Below are positions 24,523 through 36,799 of a DNA stretch of 64,000 nucleotides, one piece after another. Both the position numbers and the translations under genes were made by a program. How positions within the stretch are numbered: the first letter of the stretch is position 1; each line of letters opens with the position of its first letter. Location of the stretch: the NCBI RefSeq assembly GCF_004010195.1, contig NC_057718.1, positions 91,265,916-91,329,915 of the forward strand. Reading direction: 5' to 3'. A model generated the notes under the pieces. It had not been told where the DNA came from. It searched no databases and was given only the letters and a program-made list of their open reading frames with translations. The stretch comes from Chiloscyllium plagiosum (taxonomy: Eukaryota).

Positions 24523-25849
24523 CTTTTCAACAGTTTTCAATCTTTCCTGCCTCTCCCAAATGCTGCATTGATTTATATTACAGTGTCATTACATCATTTG
24601 TTCAATTTCCACAATTTTCCTTGAAGCTACGTAGACTTGCGATAAGTCTGATTGCAGGAAACTTGCAATAAATTTGTGTTAAGTGGAGCTTCAAAATAGT
24701 CAAAGCCCCTATATAGCTTGCTTTGCCTGTGGATGTCCTCTATGTCAAAAAACAAACAAATGAAAACAGTGATGATGTGAAAAATGTCTGTTTTTCAATT
24801 TGTTCAGACTTGCAATAACATGGGCTTGTACAGTAAAAGGCACTGAAAAATATTGGGAGTTAGTTCAAGGAAATCTTAGTTTTTTTTCGGCTTAACATTT
24901 TTTCTTCAGATGAGCCTGCCGTGTTTTCAGTGCAGTCAAGCATATTTTTCATGTTTTTGTGCAGCTGTATTAAATTCTGGAGCATCTCTACAATCTTTAT
25001 GGCTTTACCTATGGAAATAGGTGAATGAGTGGGTGGGCATTTGACAGATTCTCCACAGCCATCAATGTGTTAATTATCCTTTTCTTCCGTGACACATTTT
25101 GTCTACTTCGCTGATCCACACCCTAAAAGTGCTGGTGGTCATCCAGGTAATTGTCCTAACATTCACAAAGCATCATGACTTAGAGTCATAGAGTCATACA
25201 GCACAGAAACAGACTTTCACTACAACCATTCCATGCCAACCATAATCCCAAACTAAACTAGTCCTATCTGCCTACCCATATCCCTCCAAACATTTCTTAT
25301 TCAGGTACTTATCCAAATGTACTTTTAAACATTGTAACTGGACCCACATCCACTATTTCCTTTGGAAGTTTATTGCATACACAAACCATTCTCTGTAAAA
25401 AGGTGGCTCCTCATGTCTCTTTTAAATCCTTCTCTCACCTTAAAAATATGCTCACTAGTCTTGAAATTCCCTCACCCTATGGAAAAGAGACCTGACATTC
25501 ACATATATACCACTCATGCCTTTATAGATCCCAATAAGGTCACCTCCTCAAACCAAAATTTCATCATTCTTCAAAATGATATTTTTGTTCTAATGTTCTC
25601 TATATTCCAGAGAAACAAGTCCCAGTTTATCCAGCCTCTCCTTATACCTCAAACCCTCCATTCCCAGCAAAATCCTTATAAATCTCTTCTGAAACCTCTC
25701 CAGCTTAATAATATCTTTCCTGTCACAGAGTGACCTGAACATGGCCACAGGACCTCAGAAGAGGCCTCACCAACATCCTGTATAATCTCAACATGACATC
25801 CTAATTCCTATATTCAAAGGTCTGAGCAATGATTGCAAGTTTACTAAAT

Positions 25850-26195
25850 CTCACTCTCACTTTTTAGATTAGAATCAATCTAAACATCAGGTCATAGACA
25901 GAGAACACAGGGGGCTAACACCTTCAACATATTGTCTAGCTATCACCATTGTTAACAGCTAACTCGAGAATGCAACTTTAAAAAAAAGGGTTTTGTGATT
26001 TACACATGAAAGAAGTGAAACTATCACTGTATTCTAACAGATGAAAGGCTTAACAGCCAATCAATTTTTCAATGTAAATTATGTGTTACGATCGAGCCCT
26101 CCACTATCACCTGATGAAGGAGCGTTGCTCCGAAAGCTAGTGTGCTTCCAATTAAACCTGTTGGACTACAACCTGGTATTGTGTGATTTTTAAGC
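25850..26195 (+). mobile_element. PLE family 2 terminal fragment inside CR1
   Basis: Homologous to 49640-49690 and 51412-51740. TSD TTACTAAAT (25841-25849, 26196-26204). Confidence 0.82.
26108..26142 (+). ncRNA. Minimal type-I hammerhead ribozyme motif (PLE-associated), intact
   Basis: CAC-CTGATGA-A-GGAGC-GTT-GCTCC-GAA-AGCT-A-GTG. Core CUGAUGA and GAAA, 5-bp stem II, palindromic AGCU in place of stem III, CUA triplet (cut after 26139), stem I CAC/GUG. Confidence 0.75.
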
Positions 26196-28180
26196 TTACT
26201 AAATGCCTTCTTAATCACCCTATCTATTTGTGATGTAAACTTCAAAGGATTATGTACCTGAACCCCTCGGTCTCTCTCTGTTCTACAATACTATCTAAGG
26301 CCCTATTTTTAATTGTATAATTCCTGCCCTTGTTTGTTTTATCAAAATGCAACATCTTGTATTTATCCAAATTAAACTCCATCTGTCACTCTTCAGCTCA
26401 TTGTCCCAATTGATCAAGATGTCATGTGATCGGAAATAACCTTCTTCATTGTCCATTATACCACCAACTTGATGTCATCTGCAAACTGATTAATCATGCC
26501 TTCTTTACAGTCATATAAATAATTTATATAAATGGCGAACAAAAGTAAACCCAACGCCTGGTCACAGGCCTCCAGTCCGAAAAACAACCCTCCACCATCA
26601 GTCTCTGTCTCCTGCCATTAAATAAATTTTATATCCAGTTGGCAAGCTCACTCTAAATCCCATGTGATCTAACTATTAATTACTCAACTGTGTAGAATCT
26701 CATCAAAGTTCAAGTAAATAAAGTCTACCATTCTGCCCTCATCAGTCTTCTTGGTTACTTCCTCAAAAAAAATCAAATCAAGTTGGTAAGGCATGATTTC
26801 TCTTGCACAAAACTATGCTGACTATCCCCTATCATTCCTTGGTTCTCCAAATGCATATAAATCCCACCTTTTAGAATCACTTCCAACGATGTACCCACTA
26901 CCAAAGTCTGATTTACAGGTCTATAGTTCCTAGGCTTCTCCTTATATCCTTTTTTAAATGAAAGCACAGCATCAGCCACTCTCTATGCTTTTGGCACCCC
27001 ACCTGAGTTATAGATGATACAAATACCTCTGCAAGGGGCCCCAGAATTTCCTCCCCAACTTCCCACAACGTCCTGGGATATATCAGGTCTTTATATTTTC
27101 TAAGACTTCCAGCAGTTCCTCTTCTGTAATGTGAACTGTTTTCAAAACACCCTTGATTTCTCTAGCCTCCACTTCTTTCTCAATAGTAAAAACTGACGTG
27201 AAATATTCATTTAATATCTCTCCCATCTCCTGAAGTTCAACACAAAGATGGCCTCTTTGATCTTTAATGGGTCTTTTTCTCTCTCTCTCTCTCTCTCTCT
27301 CTAGTTGATGCTTGCTCTTGATTTACTAGTATTCTTCGGGTTATCCTTAACCTTATTACCCAAGGCTATTTCTTTTCCTCTCTTTGCCTTCCTGATCTCC
27401 CTCTTAATAATGCCCCTACACTCTTTTTATTGTTCAAGAGGTTCATTTGACCCCAATTTCTATATCTAAATATGATTCTTCTATATTCGTGACCTCTTGG
27501 ACTCTACTATCAGAAGAAGCAGCACTGGTCAGTTCTGGAAAAGTACGAGAGAGCTGGAAAACTGACACCTTTGGTCCAACTCGTCCACGCTGACCAGATA
27601 TCCTGTACTGAACTAGTTCCATTTACCAGTGATTGGCCCATATCTCTCTGAACCCTTCCTATTCAGGTATTCGCCTCCACCACTTCCTCTGGCAGCTCAT
27701 TCCACTCACTGCAGAATTGCCAGCCTCTGACCTACTTTAAAAGCCATGGTGTTTATATAGCTAGTCCTATTGGAGATTGTCGTTGTCTCATACTTGGAGT
27801 CATAGAGACATAGATATGTACAGCATAGAAACAGCATCTCGTCCAGGCTGACCAGTTATCCTAAGTTAATTTAGTGCCATTTACCAGCATTTGGCCCATA
27901 TCCCTGTAAACCCTTTCTATTCATATACCCATCCAGATGCCTTTCAAATGTTGTAATTGTACCAGCCTCCAGCATTTCTTCTGACAGCTCATTCTATACA
28001 CACACCACCCTCTGTGTAAAAAAGTAACCCCTCAGATCCCTTTTAAATCTTTCCTCTCTCACTTTAAATGTATGCCCTCTAGTTTTGAACTCCTCTACCT
28101 TTGAAAAAATTCCTTGGCTATTCATCCTATCTCCGCACCTTCTGATTTTATAAACCTCGATAAGGTCACACCACAGCCTC

Positions 28181-28298
28181 TGATGCTCCAAAACATCAAT
28201 TTTCCTGCTCCTCGGATGCTGCCTGACCTGCTGTGCTTTTCGAGCACCACACTAATCTTGACTCTGTTCTCCAGCATCTGCAGTCCTCACTTTCGCCT
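28181..28298 (+). mobile_element. PLE family 1 terminal fragment inside CR1
   Basis: GATGCTGCCTGACCTGCTGTGCTTTTC...CAGCATCTGCAGTCCTCACTTTCGCC. Confidence 0.8.
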
Positions 28299-28632
28299 CC
28301 CAACCAATCCAGCGTCTCCTTGCAAACTCGGCAACATCTATACCCTCTCAAGTTTAACAACATCCGTCCCAGAGCAGGGTGACCAGAATTGTATGCAGTA
28401 TTCTAGAAGTGACCTCACCAATGCCTTGTACAGCCGCAACATGATATCTCAAATGTCTTGTCAAGCTATTGCAGGACAAAAATAAACATTAAAGCCATAA
28501 GAGAAAGAGGTGACAGCTAAAAAATTTAATTGATCAAATTAATGTGTAAGTGGTAGGGTAAAGTAACATGTTTGTCTTTGCTTGTATTTTAATCAACAAA
28601 TACTTAGAAATTGTAAATTTTTTGTTCCCCAG

Positions 28633-28759
28633 ATCCTTTGTGGTACGACTTGCAACACGAAATGACACTGCAGGAATTGAAAGACTTGTAAAAGACCTTC
28701 ATCTGGAGTTCAGTATTTTAAATACCTTGCACATTTATAATCAGTCTCGCAGAGACTCA
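28633..28759 (+). CDS. CFAP61: CFAP61 internal coding exon (127 nt): (K)SFVVRLATRNDTAGIERLVKDLHLEFSILNTLHIYNQSRRDS
   Basis: ttgttccccAG acceptor and GTGAGT donor. Lies within ORF-track 28568..28771; phases fit both neighbours. Confidence 0.93.
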
Positions 28760-29304
28760 GTGAGTATTTGATTAGTTTGGTTTATGTTGTTGAGTTCCCT
28801 GTAAATTGTTTAATATATTAAGCAAGACAGTTTGATATGTTTATCTGGTATGACAAGGAAGGAAGCTCTTGAGTTTATGCAATTGAGTGTGACTATAATG
28901 AAGAATGGTGAAGATTGTATCTCCTTTCCATTCTACAAGGTTCTGAACTGGAGGATGAACATGATAAACATTGAGCTTTTCAGATGATTCTGGGGAGGGC
29001 CAGAACATAATGCAATCAATGCACTGGGGGTAGTTTACATTGCTGATCAAGATGCCCATGTTATTGCAAGGTTCACTTAGATTTCATTAGTTCATCAGTT
29101 CACCCATCAGGCAAACAAAACACACTACCCCAGTTCAACACGCAAATTCATAAGTAATTTCCCCTTTTATGTGCCCCCATCTCTATTGCCTAAAACAAAC
29201 TAATCCTACAAACAATGAGATATTTCTTTTCAAACATCAAAGCACCAGTTTAGTAGACAGGAGATCCTAGGTTCAGTTCCCAGTAGGCGCCTGCTTGGTG
29301 CATT

Positions 29305-29605
29305 TGTAGTTAGCACTGCTGCCTCACCACACCAGGATTCCAGGTTTGGTTCCAGCCTCAGGCGACTGTCTGTGTGGAGTTTGCACGTTCTCCCCGTGTC
29401 TGCATGGGTTTCCTCCGGGTGCTCTGGTTTCCTCCCACAGTCCAAAGATGTGCAGGCCAGGTGAATTGGCCATGCTAAATTGCCCATTGTGTTAGGTGCA
29501 TTAGTCAGAGGGAAATGGGTCTGGGTGGGTTACTCTTCGGAGGGTCGGTGTGGATTGGTTGGGCCGAAGGGCCTGTTTCCACACTATAGGGAATCTAATT
29601 TAATC
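29305..29605 (+). mobile_element. HE1/V-SINE (slightly 5'-truncated)
   Basis: V-domain and GGGCCTGTTTCCACACTATAGGGAATCTAAT tail. Confidence 0.92.
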
Positions 29606-30326
29606 AATTTATGTCTTGCCATCCTTCATATGTAAAAAGGATGACTTGCCAACCACAACTAAAATAACAGAACAGAAAGTTGTGCAAATAAGTGTTACTT
29701 ACATGGTTGAAAACTGAATTTTACCAATTGAAATGCTTAGGCAATTAAAAGTCATAACTCATCCTCTTCTTAGCATTTCTAATTGGTGTAACCGCCTGTG
29801 ACTTCCACAGAGGTGGAAATAGGTTGTTCAAACCTCAGCTCTGATTGCTGTGATGCTTGTGGCCAATATCCCTGGATTTTGCAGCTCTTGAAAACAGCCA
29901 CTTGCACCCCTGGGAGAATTGCAGTGCAATTTTGACCACTGGGACATAAGACAACATGTCGGGTACTGCGGACATGGCAGCATTCCAAGTTGGAATTGCT
30001 CAGTCTGGTCCTCAGTTCCACGTTTCCTTCTGCCATCATTACTTTCTTATCCTACCCACTCATCTGGGCTAGCAATGAATTGATGCAACTTGGTGTCAAA
30101 GAACAGTTTCAATAATCAGTTTTAAGTTGGAACTAACAGAGCAGAATTGCACTAGTCCATTGAAAAGACTGAAAGATATAAAGAATTGTAATGTGATGGT
30201 GATAGTAACTGGGAGTTGCACCATAACTAGATATTACCTAAGGTCTCCAGGTTAGTGGAATGAGATCATGCTGGAAAGTCACAGGAGGTAATTAAACCTT
30301 GTGAATTGGGCAGATGATGTAATGTT

Positions 30327-30467
30327 CAAGGGGAAAGTGAGGACTGCAGATGCTGGAGATCAGAGCTGAAAATGTGTTCCTGAAGAAGGGCTCATGCCCA
30401 AAACGTCGATTCTCCTGCTCCTTGGATGCTGCCTGACCTGCTGCACTTTTCCAGCAACACATTTTCA
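30327..30467. mobile_element. PLE family 1 mini-insertion with inverted terminal segment
   Basis: 17-bp TSD GCAGATGATGTAATGTT (30310-30326, 30468-30484). Internal inverted GCTGAAAATGTGTT/AACACATTTTCAGC; hammerhead-like CTGAAGAAGGGCTCATGCCCAAAACGTC. Confidence 0.85.
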
Positions 30468-31089
30468 GCAGATGATGTAATGTTACCAGATCCTCTAATT
30501 TAAAAATAGGCTACCATGAACAATGTGGTTTAAAAGTATTGTCAGCTAAAACAAAGCAGTGGTGCAGGATGTCAATATAAGCTGCAGTAGCCAATATTGA
30601 AAAAGTGTGAATTGGCATGGAGCTTCAATTGAGCAAGCAGTGGAAGTAATAATCAAATAAACTTGCCTAGCACAGCAAGGACACATAACTTGGGTGCGTT
30701 TCAGAGTTAGCACTTCTGTGTTCAGAGTGACAATATGGGAGAAGTGAACACTGGGTGAGCTTTTACTATGAATTTTATTCACTCAGGCTTCAAGAGCATC
30801 AGAGAAGAAGATAGCTTCAGCTCCAGGCCTTGGGCAGTAACAACCAAAGGGGCACCAGGATCATGATCCTTGAGAAAGAGAGGATGATATATGCACAAAG
30901 GGGCACCCAAAATCCATTTGTTTCCAGAGCATTGTTGCCTTCTAACTTCTTCAGGATTTACCAACAGAAGTTTACCTTCCTGAGCTTCACTGTCACCAAA
31001 GGGATAATTGCCTTTGTTAGTCGAGGCAAATAGTTTAAGAGCAAAGACATTATGCTGGAACTGTAGAAAATGTTGTTTCGGCAATGGCT

Positions 31090-31750
31090 AGAATATTGTG
31101 TGTAGATGTGGAATCCACGTTATAGGAGTGAAGTGATTGCATTAGAGAGCGTGCAGAGGAGATTTACCAGGATGTTGCCTGGGCTAGAGAGTTTTAGCTG
31201 TGAAGAGAAATTGGGTAAACAGAGGAGATTGATAGGAGGACATGATTGAGATACATAAAACTGTGAGGGGCACAGACAGGGCTGACAGGAAGGAGACTGT
31301 TCAGTTTTGTGGAGAGATCATTGATCATGGGGCCAGTTGATTTAAGACAAGGGGTAGGAGATTTAGAGGGCAGGTGAGGAAAATCTTTTTCACTCAGAGG
31401 CTGGTGGTAATCTGGAACTCACTACCTGTAAGACTGGTAGAAGCAAATAGCCTCAAAATATTTAAGAAGTATTTAGATAAAGGCTTAGGGATGGGTGTAT
31501 GAATAAGAAGGTTTAGAGGGGTATGGGCCAAATGCTGGCAAATGAGATAAGGTCCGATTGAGATGTCTGATTGGCATGGACAAGTTGGACTGAAGGGTCT
31601 GTTTCCATGCTATATGACTCTATGTGCACCAGGCACATAAGGCTACAGGCCAAGTGCTGGAAGATGGGATTAGTTGTTGGCTAGTTGTTTTTAACTGGTG
31701 CAGACTAAATGGGCTGAAGGGCCTTTTTCTGTGCTGTAGCTTTCTATGAC
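31090..31750 (+). mobile_element. CR1 3' fragment with a nested second CR1 tail
   Basis: LESVQRRFTRMLPGL and FFTQR. Two tails end at ~31623 and ~31750. Confidence 0.85.
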
Positions 31751-32217
31751 TTTACTGAGTTGCTTTGCAATACCCATCCCAGGCTTCCTTTCATCAAATT
31801 GGCTGGCATCTTTCTGGGGCAGGACTTTTTTTTGTGAATGAGTGATCAAATTCTCACCTCTAACTGACTAGTGCTTCCCAACAAAATCACACTTGCTTTT
31901 TCAGTGGTGGGGTGGTAAAGCCTGCCACCTGAATAATTCTGCTCATTATGTTCCATGCCAAGTTTCATTTCCATCTTTCTTTGTGAAGGTTTACTCAACA
32001 GCATCGGTTTTTCACTAGAAACTTATGTAGTTTCAATGTTTATGTACTAGCTTCCACAAGATACTTTACACGGAATTAGCTCTTTCATGAGTATCCTCAA
32101 TGGGTTGTCATCACTAGCATTTTTGTGTTCCTTAAACTTGTGTTGATGATTAATAAATCAAAATAACGTTTGATAAATTTATATCACATACTGCTGAAGT
32201 AGATGCAGACATGTCTG

Positions 32218-32476
32218 CTTAGAATCCCTACAGTATGGAAGTAGGCCATTCAGCCCATCAAGTCCACACTGACCATCCGAAGAGCATCCCACCTAGACCC
32301 ACCCCTCTATCCCATGTTTCCCATGGCTAATCCACCTAATCTGCACATCTATGTGAGGAAACACACGCAGACACAGGGAGAATGTGCAAGCCCCAAACAG
32401 TCATCTGAGGCTAGAACTGAACCCAGGTCCCCAGTGTTGTGAGGTAACAGTGCTAACCACTGAGCCACAGTGCCCT
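32218..32476 (-). mobile_element. HE1/V-SINE (internally deleted)
   Basis: Homology to the other copies. Confidence 0.85.
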
Positions 32477-33664
32477 CTTCTTACAAGCAATTTTCTAGAT
32501 AAGTCATTTCAATGTCTCTGTTTCCTCCATCTGCACAATTAGCCACATGATACTTATTATATATTACATTATTATATCTGAAGCATTTATTAACGTTCCT
32601 TTGGTTTTTCTGGAACATAGTCCCATTGTTATTTTTCCAATTTCTTTTTCTTTAGACATAACTGTGTTTGCTGCATATGGTCTCATCACTATTCTGCTTG
32701 TTTTTGATCCTTCCATTACATTGATGCATATCTAATATATGGACTGTTCTGAAATATGGTAATCATTGAGTACTGTATTATTTGAGCACAGCAAAATGCC
32801 ACATTTGTTCTATGAAGGTTGAAAGGACTGATGGTTCCCAAAGAACTCTTTTAAGGCAGCAGATATCTGGTTCAATAATATCTTTCTCAGCGAAGTGAAT
32901 GATAGTTTGGACTTGTCTGTCCATATAAGGAATTCTAGCATAATCTGGAAACCTTAATCGCTAGTGCTTATCATCAAGTCAATATTGTCAATATTGTGCA
33001 TATTTTATTTAAAGTCCATGACATACTTTGGATATATGAATTCATTGTCCATTTTCCAAAAGATTTAAATTCTGGCCAAGTCTCAAAGGTATTTAATAGT
33101 CATCTTTCATGTAGTTCTTAATCCATGAACTCTACTAGAGATTCCAGACATTGGAATTCTTCTCAGAAAATGCCTTTCTTCTCATTTTTCTTTGCTTAAT
33201 GAGCAAAGGCACCAATTACATATCTTATTTTTTCATTGGTTCATATACCAACCTCTTTCATGAGTCATTTTGTTCAAATTCCAACACATGAAAAATAATT
33301 ATACCATGACAACTTCCATTTACTTTCTGCCATTTTCAACAATGGCTACTAAGATTTTGTTTTATGTCGAAAAGAAGAAAAAAGTTCTAACCTTTGCCGT
33401 TAGGCAACCATCCCCTATTCTCAAATTAAAACTCATGTAGCCAGGCGGTGAAGGGCAGTGCAGCTAATCTTTACATTTACAAGTTTCATATTTATATAGT
33501 AGCACATTGTAATCAACAACCCTTCTTTCATCCTGCTCCTACACTTATGAGCATAGTTAAGCCTCAATGAATAGTCATCATCCAATTATAAATAGAACTC
33601 AAATAATATGCCAATAACATCAATAAAGTTTCAGTATCTGAGTTGATGCATCATCTGCATGAAC

Positions 33665-33957
33665 GGGTGGCACGGCGGCACAGTGGTTAGCACTGCTGCC
33701 TCACAGCATCAGAGACCCGGGTTCAATTCCCCCCTCAGGCAAATGTCTGTGTCTGTGTGGACTTCCTCCGGGTGCTCCGGTTTCCTCCCACAGTCCAAAA
33801 ATGTGCAGATTAGGTGAATTGGCCATGCTAAATTGCCCGTAGTGTTAGGTGAAGGGGTAAATGTAGGGGAATGGGTCTGCGTGGGTTGCTCTGCGGAGGC
33901 CCGGTGTGGACTTGTTGGGCCAAAGGGCCTGTTTCCACACTATAAGTAACCTAATCA
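33665..33957 (+). mobile_element. HE1/V-SINE, young-looking
   Basis: GGGTGGCACGGCGGCACAGTGGTTAGCACTGCTGCCTCACAG head, B-box GGTTCAATTCC, tail GTTTCCACACTATAAGTAACCTAATC. Confidence 0.93.
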
Positions 33958-34394
33958 TAAAAATCCTGTGTGATGCATCCTCAGTGTTGATGACTTCCTT
34001 GGAAGACCAACAGTCATTCTTCTGCCTTCTTCCTGTGACACACTTGAGATGAAGTGGGAGTTTACAGATATTATTATTTGATCCTCTCCTTCCTTATTTC
34101 TCTCTTTGTTATCCTCTGTTTGTTTTTGTAGTCTTCCCAATCTTCTGATTTTCCAGTGCTCTTGGTCATTTTATAGGCTCTCTCTTTTTCTTTGATAAAT
34201 TTCCTGATTTCCTTTGTCAGCCATGGCTGACTAATCCACCCCCAGATAATCCTTCTTTTCTTTGGGATGGGCTCTGTACTGTGTCCTCAATTACACCCAG
34301 AAACTCCTGCCATTGTTGCTGTACTGTCTTCCCCTCTAGGCTCTGCTCCCAATCGATTTTCATCAGTTAAACCAAAGAAGATCTGAATTGATAT

Positions 34395-35170
34395 AGGAGC
34401 AGAGAGACCTCATGGTTCAAGTGCATAATTTTCTGAAGATGGTCAGACAAATTGAAATGGTTTTTAAGTATGCTACAGAGCCCTTTGGTTTATTAATAGA
34501 GGCGTAGATTTTAGAAATGCAAGGACATGATGCGAAACCTGTACAAATCGAAGATTACATTTTTAGTACTGTGATCAGTCTCAGCACATTATTTAAGGAA
34601 GGATGTTAAAGTCTTGGAGAGAGTTCAAAGGAAATTTAGTAGAATGAAACGAGGAAGGAGGAATTTTGGATACAAGGAAAGATTAGATAAAGTGGATTTA
34701 TCCTCCTTGGAGCAGAGACAATTTAGAGGTTATCGTATTGAGATGTTCAAAATTAAGAACAATGTTGATAAGATAAAGAAGGATATTACTTGGTATGTCA
34801 GTAACTAGGGGTCACAATATTAAGATTGTCAGAAAGAGAGCCAGAAGTGAGATGAGGAGAAATTTCTTTACTCAAAGAGTTGTTAGGATTGGGAATGCAC
34901 TGCCTAGAAGAGTATTGAAGGTGGATTCCATACGAGATTTCAAGAGTGCTAGTTATTGAAAGTGATTAACTTAGAGATAGGGCTGGAGGATGGGACTAGC
35001 TGGGTAGCTCTTTCAGCAGCCAGTACAGGCACAAAACAGATTACTGGAGAAGCATATCAGGTCTGGTTGCATCTGTGCAGAGAAATCAGAATTAATGTTT
35101 CGGGTCCAGTGATCCTTCCTTAGACCAGCACAGACACAATTGGCTGAACGGTCTCCTGAACTATAAATTT
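34395..35170 (+). mobile_element. Old CR1 3' fragment interrupted by a PLE family 3 pLTR piece (~35035-35122, minus)
   Basis: LERVQRKFSRM and FFTQRVV. Minus-strand CTAAGGAAGGATCACTGGACCCGAAACATT. Confidence 0.75.
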
Positions 35171-35343
35171 CTATGATTATACAACCTATGTTTCCCAAGA
35201 AATAACTTTTATTCAATCTATCACAAAGAATTGTGCTGGCCCCAGTGTTTGAATTTGTGATACAAAAGTCTACTATGTTTTCAGTTTACTTACAGAGTGA
35301 TTTACTTACAGATGTTAGCCATTCTCCATTTTATTTTTACTAG

Positions 35344-35421
35344 GATGGAACTCCAATTCAGGCAATTGTTGCTGAGGTTTTACAAGAAATTGTGGGAATT
35401 GCTATCATCAGGAATGAAGAG
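35344..35421 (+). CDS. CFAP61: CFAP61 internal coding exon (78 nt): DGTPIQAIVAEVLQEIVGIAIIRNEE
   Basis: tttttactAG acceptor and GTATCA donor; 26 codons. Matches the CFAP61 pattern DGT..QA.VAEV..QIVGIA.IRNE. Confidence 0.93.
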
Positions 35422-35499
35422 GTATCAATTAATTTATTACTTTATACAAATTTTGCTAGAAACACTTATTACCTGATTTTTTAATTAAAAACTTTCTAA

Positions 35500-35745
35500 T
35501 GGGGTTCTTATGGTGCAGTGGGAGTGTCCCTACCTCTGAGCCAGGAGGCCTGGGTTCAAGTCCCATCTACCCCAGAGATGTCTGAAGAGGTTGATTAGAA
35601 AATATCTCTTTCAACTATCCAATGTCTTTTTTTAAACAGCACAGGGGTATTGTTCCTACCTCTGGGCCAGGAGACCTGGGTTCAAGTCCTGTCTGCTCCA
35701 GAGGTGTGTAATAACATCTCTGAACAAACTGATTACAAAAATAAA
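35500..35745 (+). mobile_element. Two tandem short tRNA-derived SINE copies
   Basis: TGGTGCAGTGG (A-box) and GGGTTCAAGTCC (B-box). The segment CCTACCTCTG.GCCAGGAG.CCTGGGTTCAAGTCC occurs at ~35530 and ~35655. Confidence 0.65.
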
Positions 35746-36117
35746 TCCACCATTTAGTCACTTAGAAATCAAAGTACATGTAATTATCAAAAAAAAAACT
35801 GAACTGTCCAATGTGCAATTTTTAACCCACTGCCATTCTCAATTGGATTCAATTTGAATTATTTTACTCCTTATCCTGACTTCCCTATTACATGATGGGA
35901 CATAGAGCTGACACAAATGTTTTGAAATCCAGTGGGTATCATAATATTTATGGAAAGTTACCATTTCGGCATAATCAGAACATATATTGAAACCCAACCA
36001 TTATTGCACGACTAATAATCATGGAAGTACATGGGTGCAAATATATTGACAATGTCCAAATTCATTTCAATGAATTGACTTTGGATTATGGAAATGACAG
36101 GCCAATGTTTAAACTAA

Positions 36118-36315
36118 ATAAAAACCGAAAGAACTGTGGATACTGTAAATCAGAAACAAAAGCAGAAATTGCTGGAAAAGCATCAACAGGTCTGGCAGCA
36201 TCTGTGAAGAGAAATCAGAGTTAACTTTTTGGGTCGAGTGACCTTTCCTCAGAACTCTTCACAGATACTGCCAGATCTGAGCTTTTCCAGCAATTTCTGT
36301 AGTTGTTTTTGTTGT
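36118..36315. mobile_element. PLE family 3 mini-insertion with fold-back
   Basis: 15-bp TSD CAATGTTTAAACTAA (36103-36117, 36316-36330). Inverted arms flank a minus-strand hammerhead-like motif at 36218-36257. Confidence 0.85.
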
Positions 36316-36799
36316 CAATGTTTAAACTAATGTGGCATGCATTTTGCATGTATGACTTGCAATATTTTATATTAGCCATTGTATCAAAAGCCTGAGTACA
36401 CAATTTAAAGTTGACTTTAGCTGATTTTAACATTTTGGGATGGCTACGAGGCTATGGTAGATGATCTGGGATCTAGGAGACAGTGAGGACTGCAGATGCT
36501 GGAGATCAGAGTTGAAACGTGTGGTGCTGGTCAGGCAGCATCCACGGAACAGGAGAGTCAGCCCTTCCAGTTTCCATTCCATTGACATTAGGGGAATGGA
36601 AAATCAAGTGGGATCAACAACTGAGGGTGAACTCCTACTGCCAGTTTTCCACCAGTTTAACATCAATCATATGCATAAGCATTATTAAAATTTTCACGTG
36701 CTACCTCAAATATATTGTTGTATCGTACATATCAGGAAGATGTTAGTAAATGTGCAGAATGGGGATATAATTGAAAATGTATTACACAAGCAATAAATA

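Larger units (their letters stand above)
25180..28450 (-). mobile_element. Cluster of minus-strand CR1 fragments (main piece ~25180-27480; further 3' pieces to ~28450)
   Basis: KPRNYRPVNQT, QHSFVQEKSCLTNLI, DLIEVYKI, FFTQRVV and several inverted CR1 tails. Includes (CT)n at ~27278-27302. Confidence 0.88.

Noticed and set aside
24130..24624. 164-aa ORF and similar ORFs at 2355, 2485, 10781, 29230 and 54928
   Set aside because: Translations of non-coding HE1 SINE sequence.
33665..33735. tRNA gene
   Set aside because: SINE head with A/B boxes continuing into the V-domain; no full cloverleaf or terminator.
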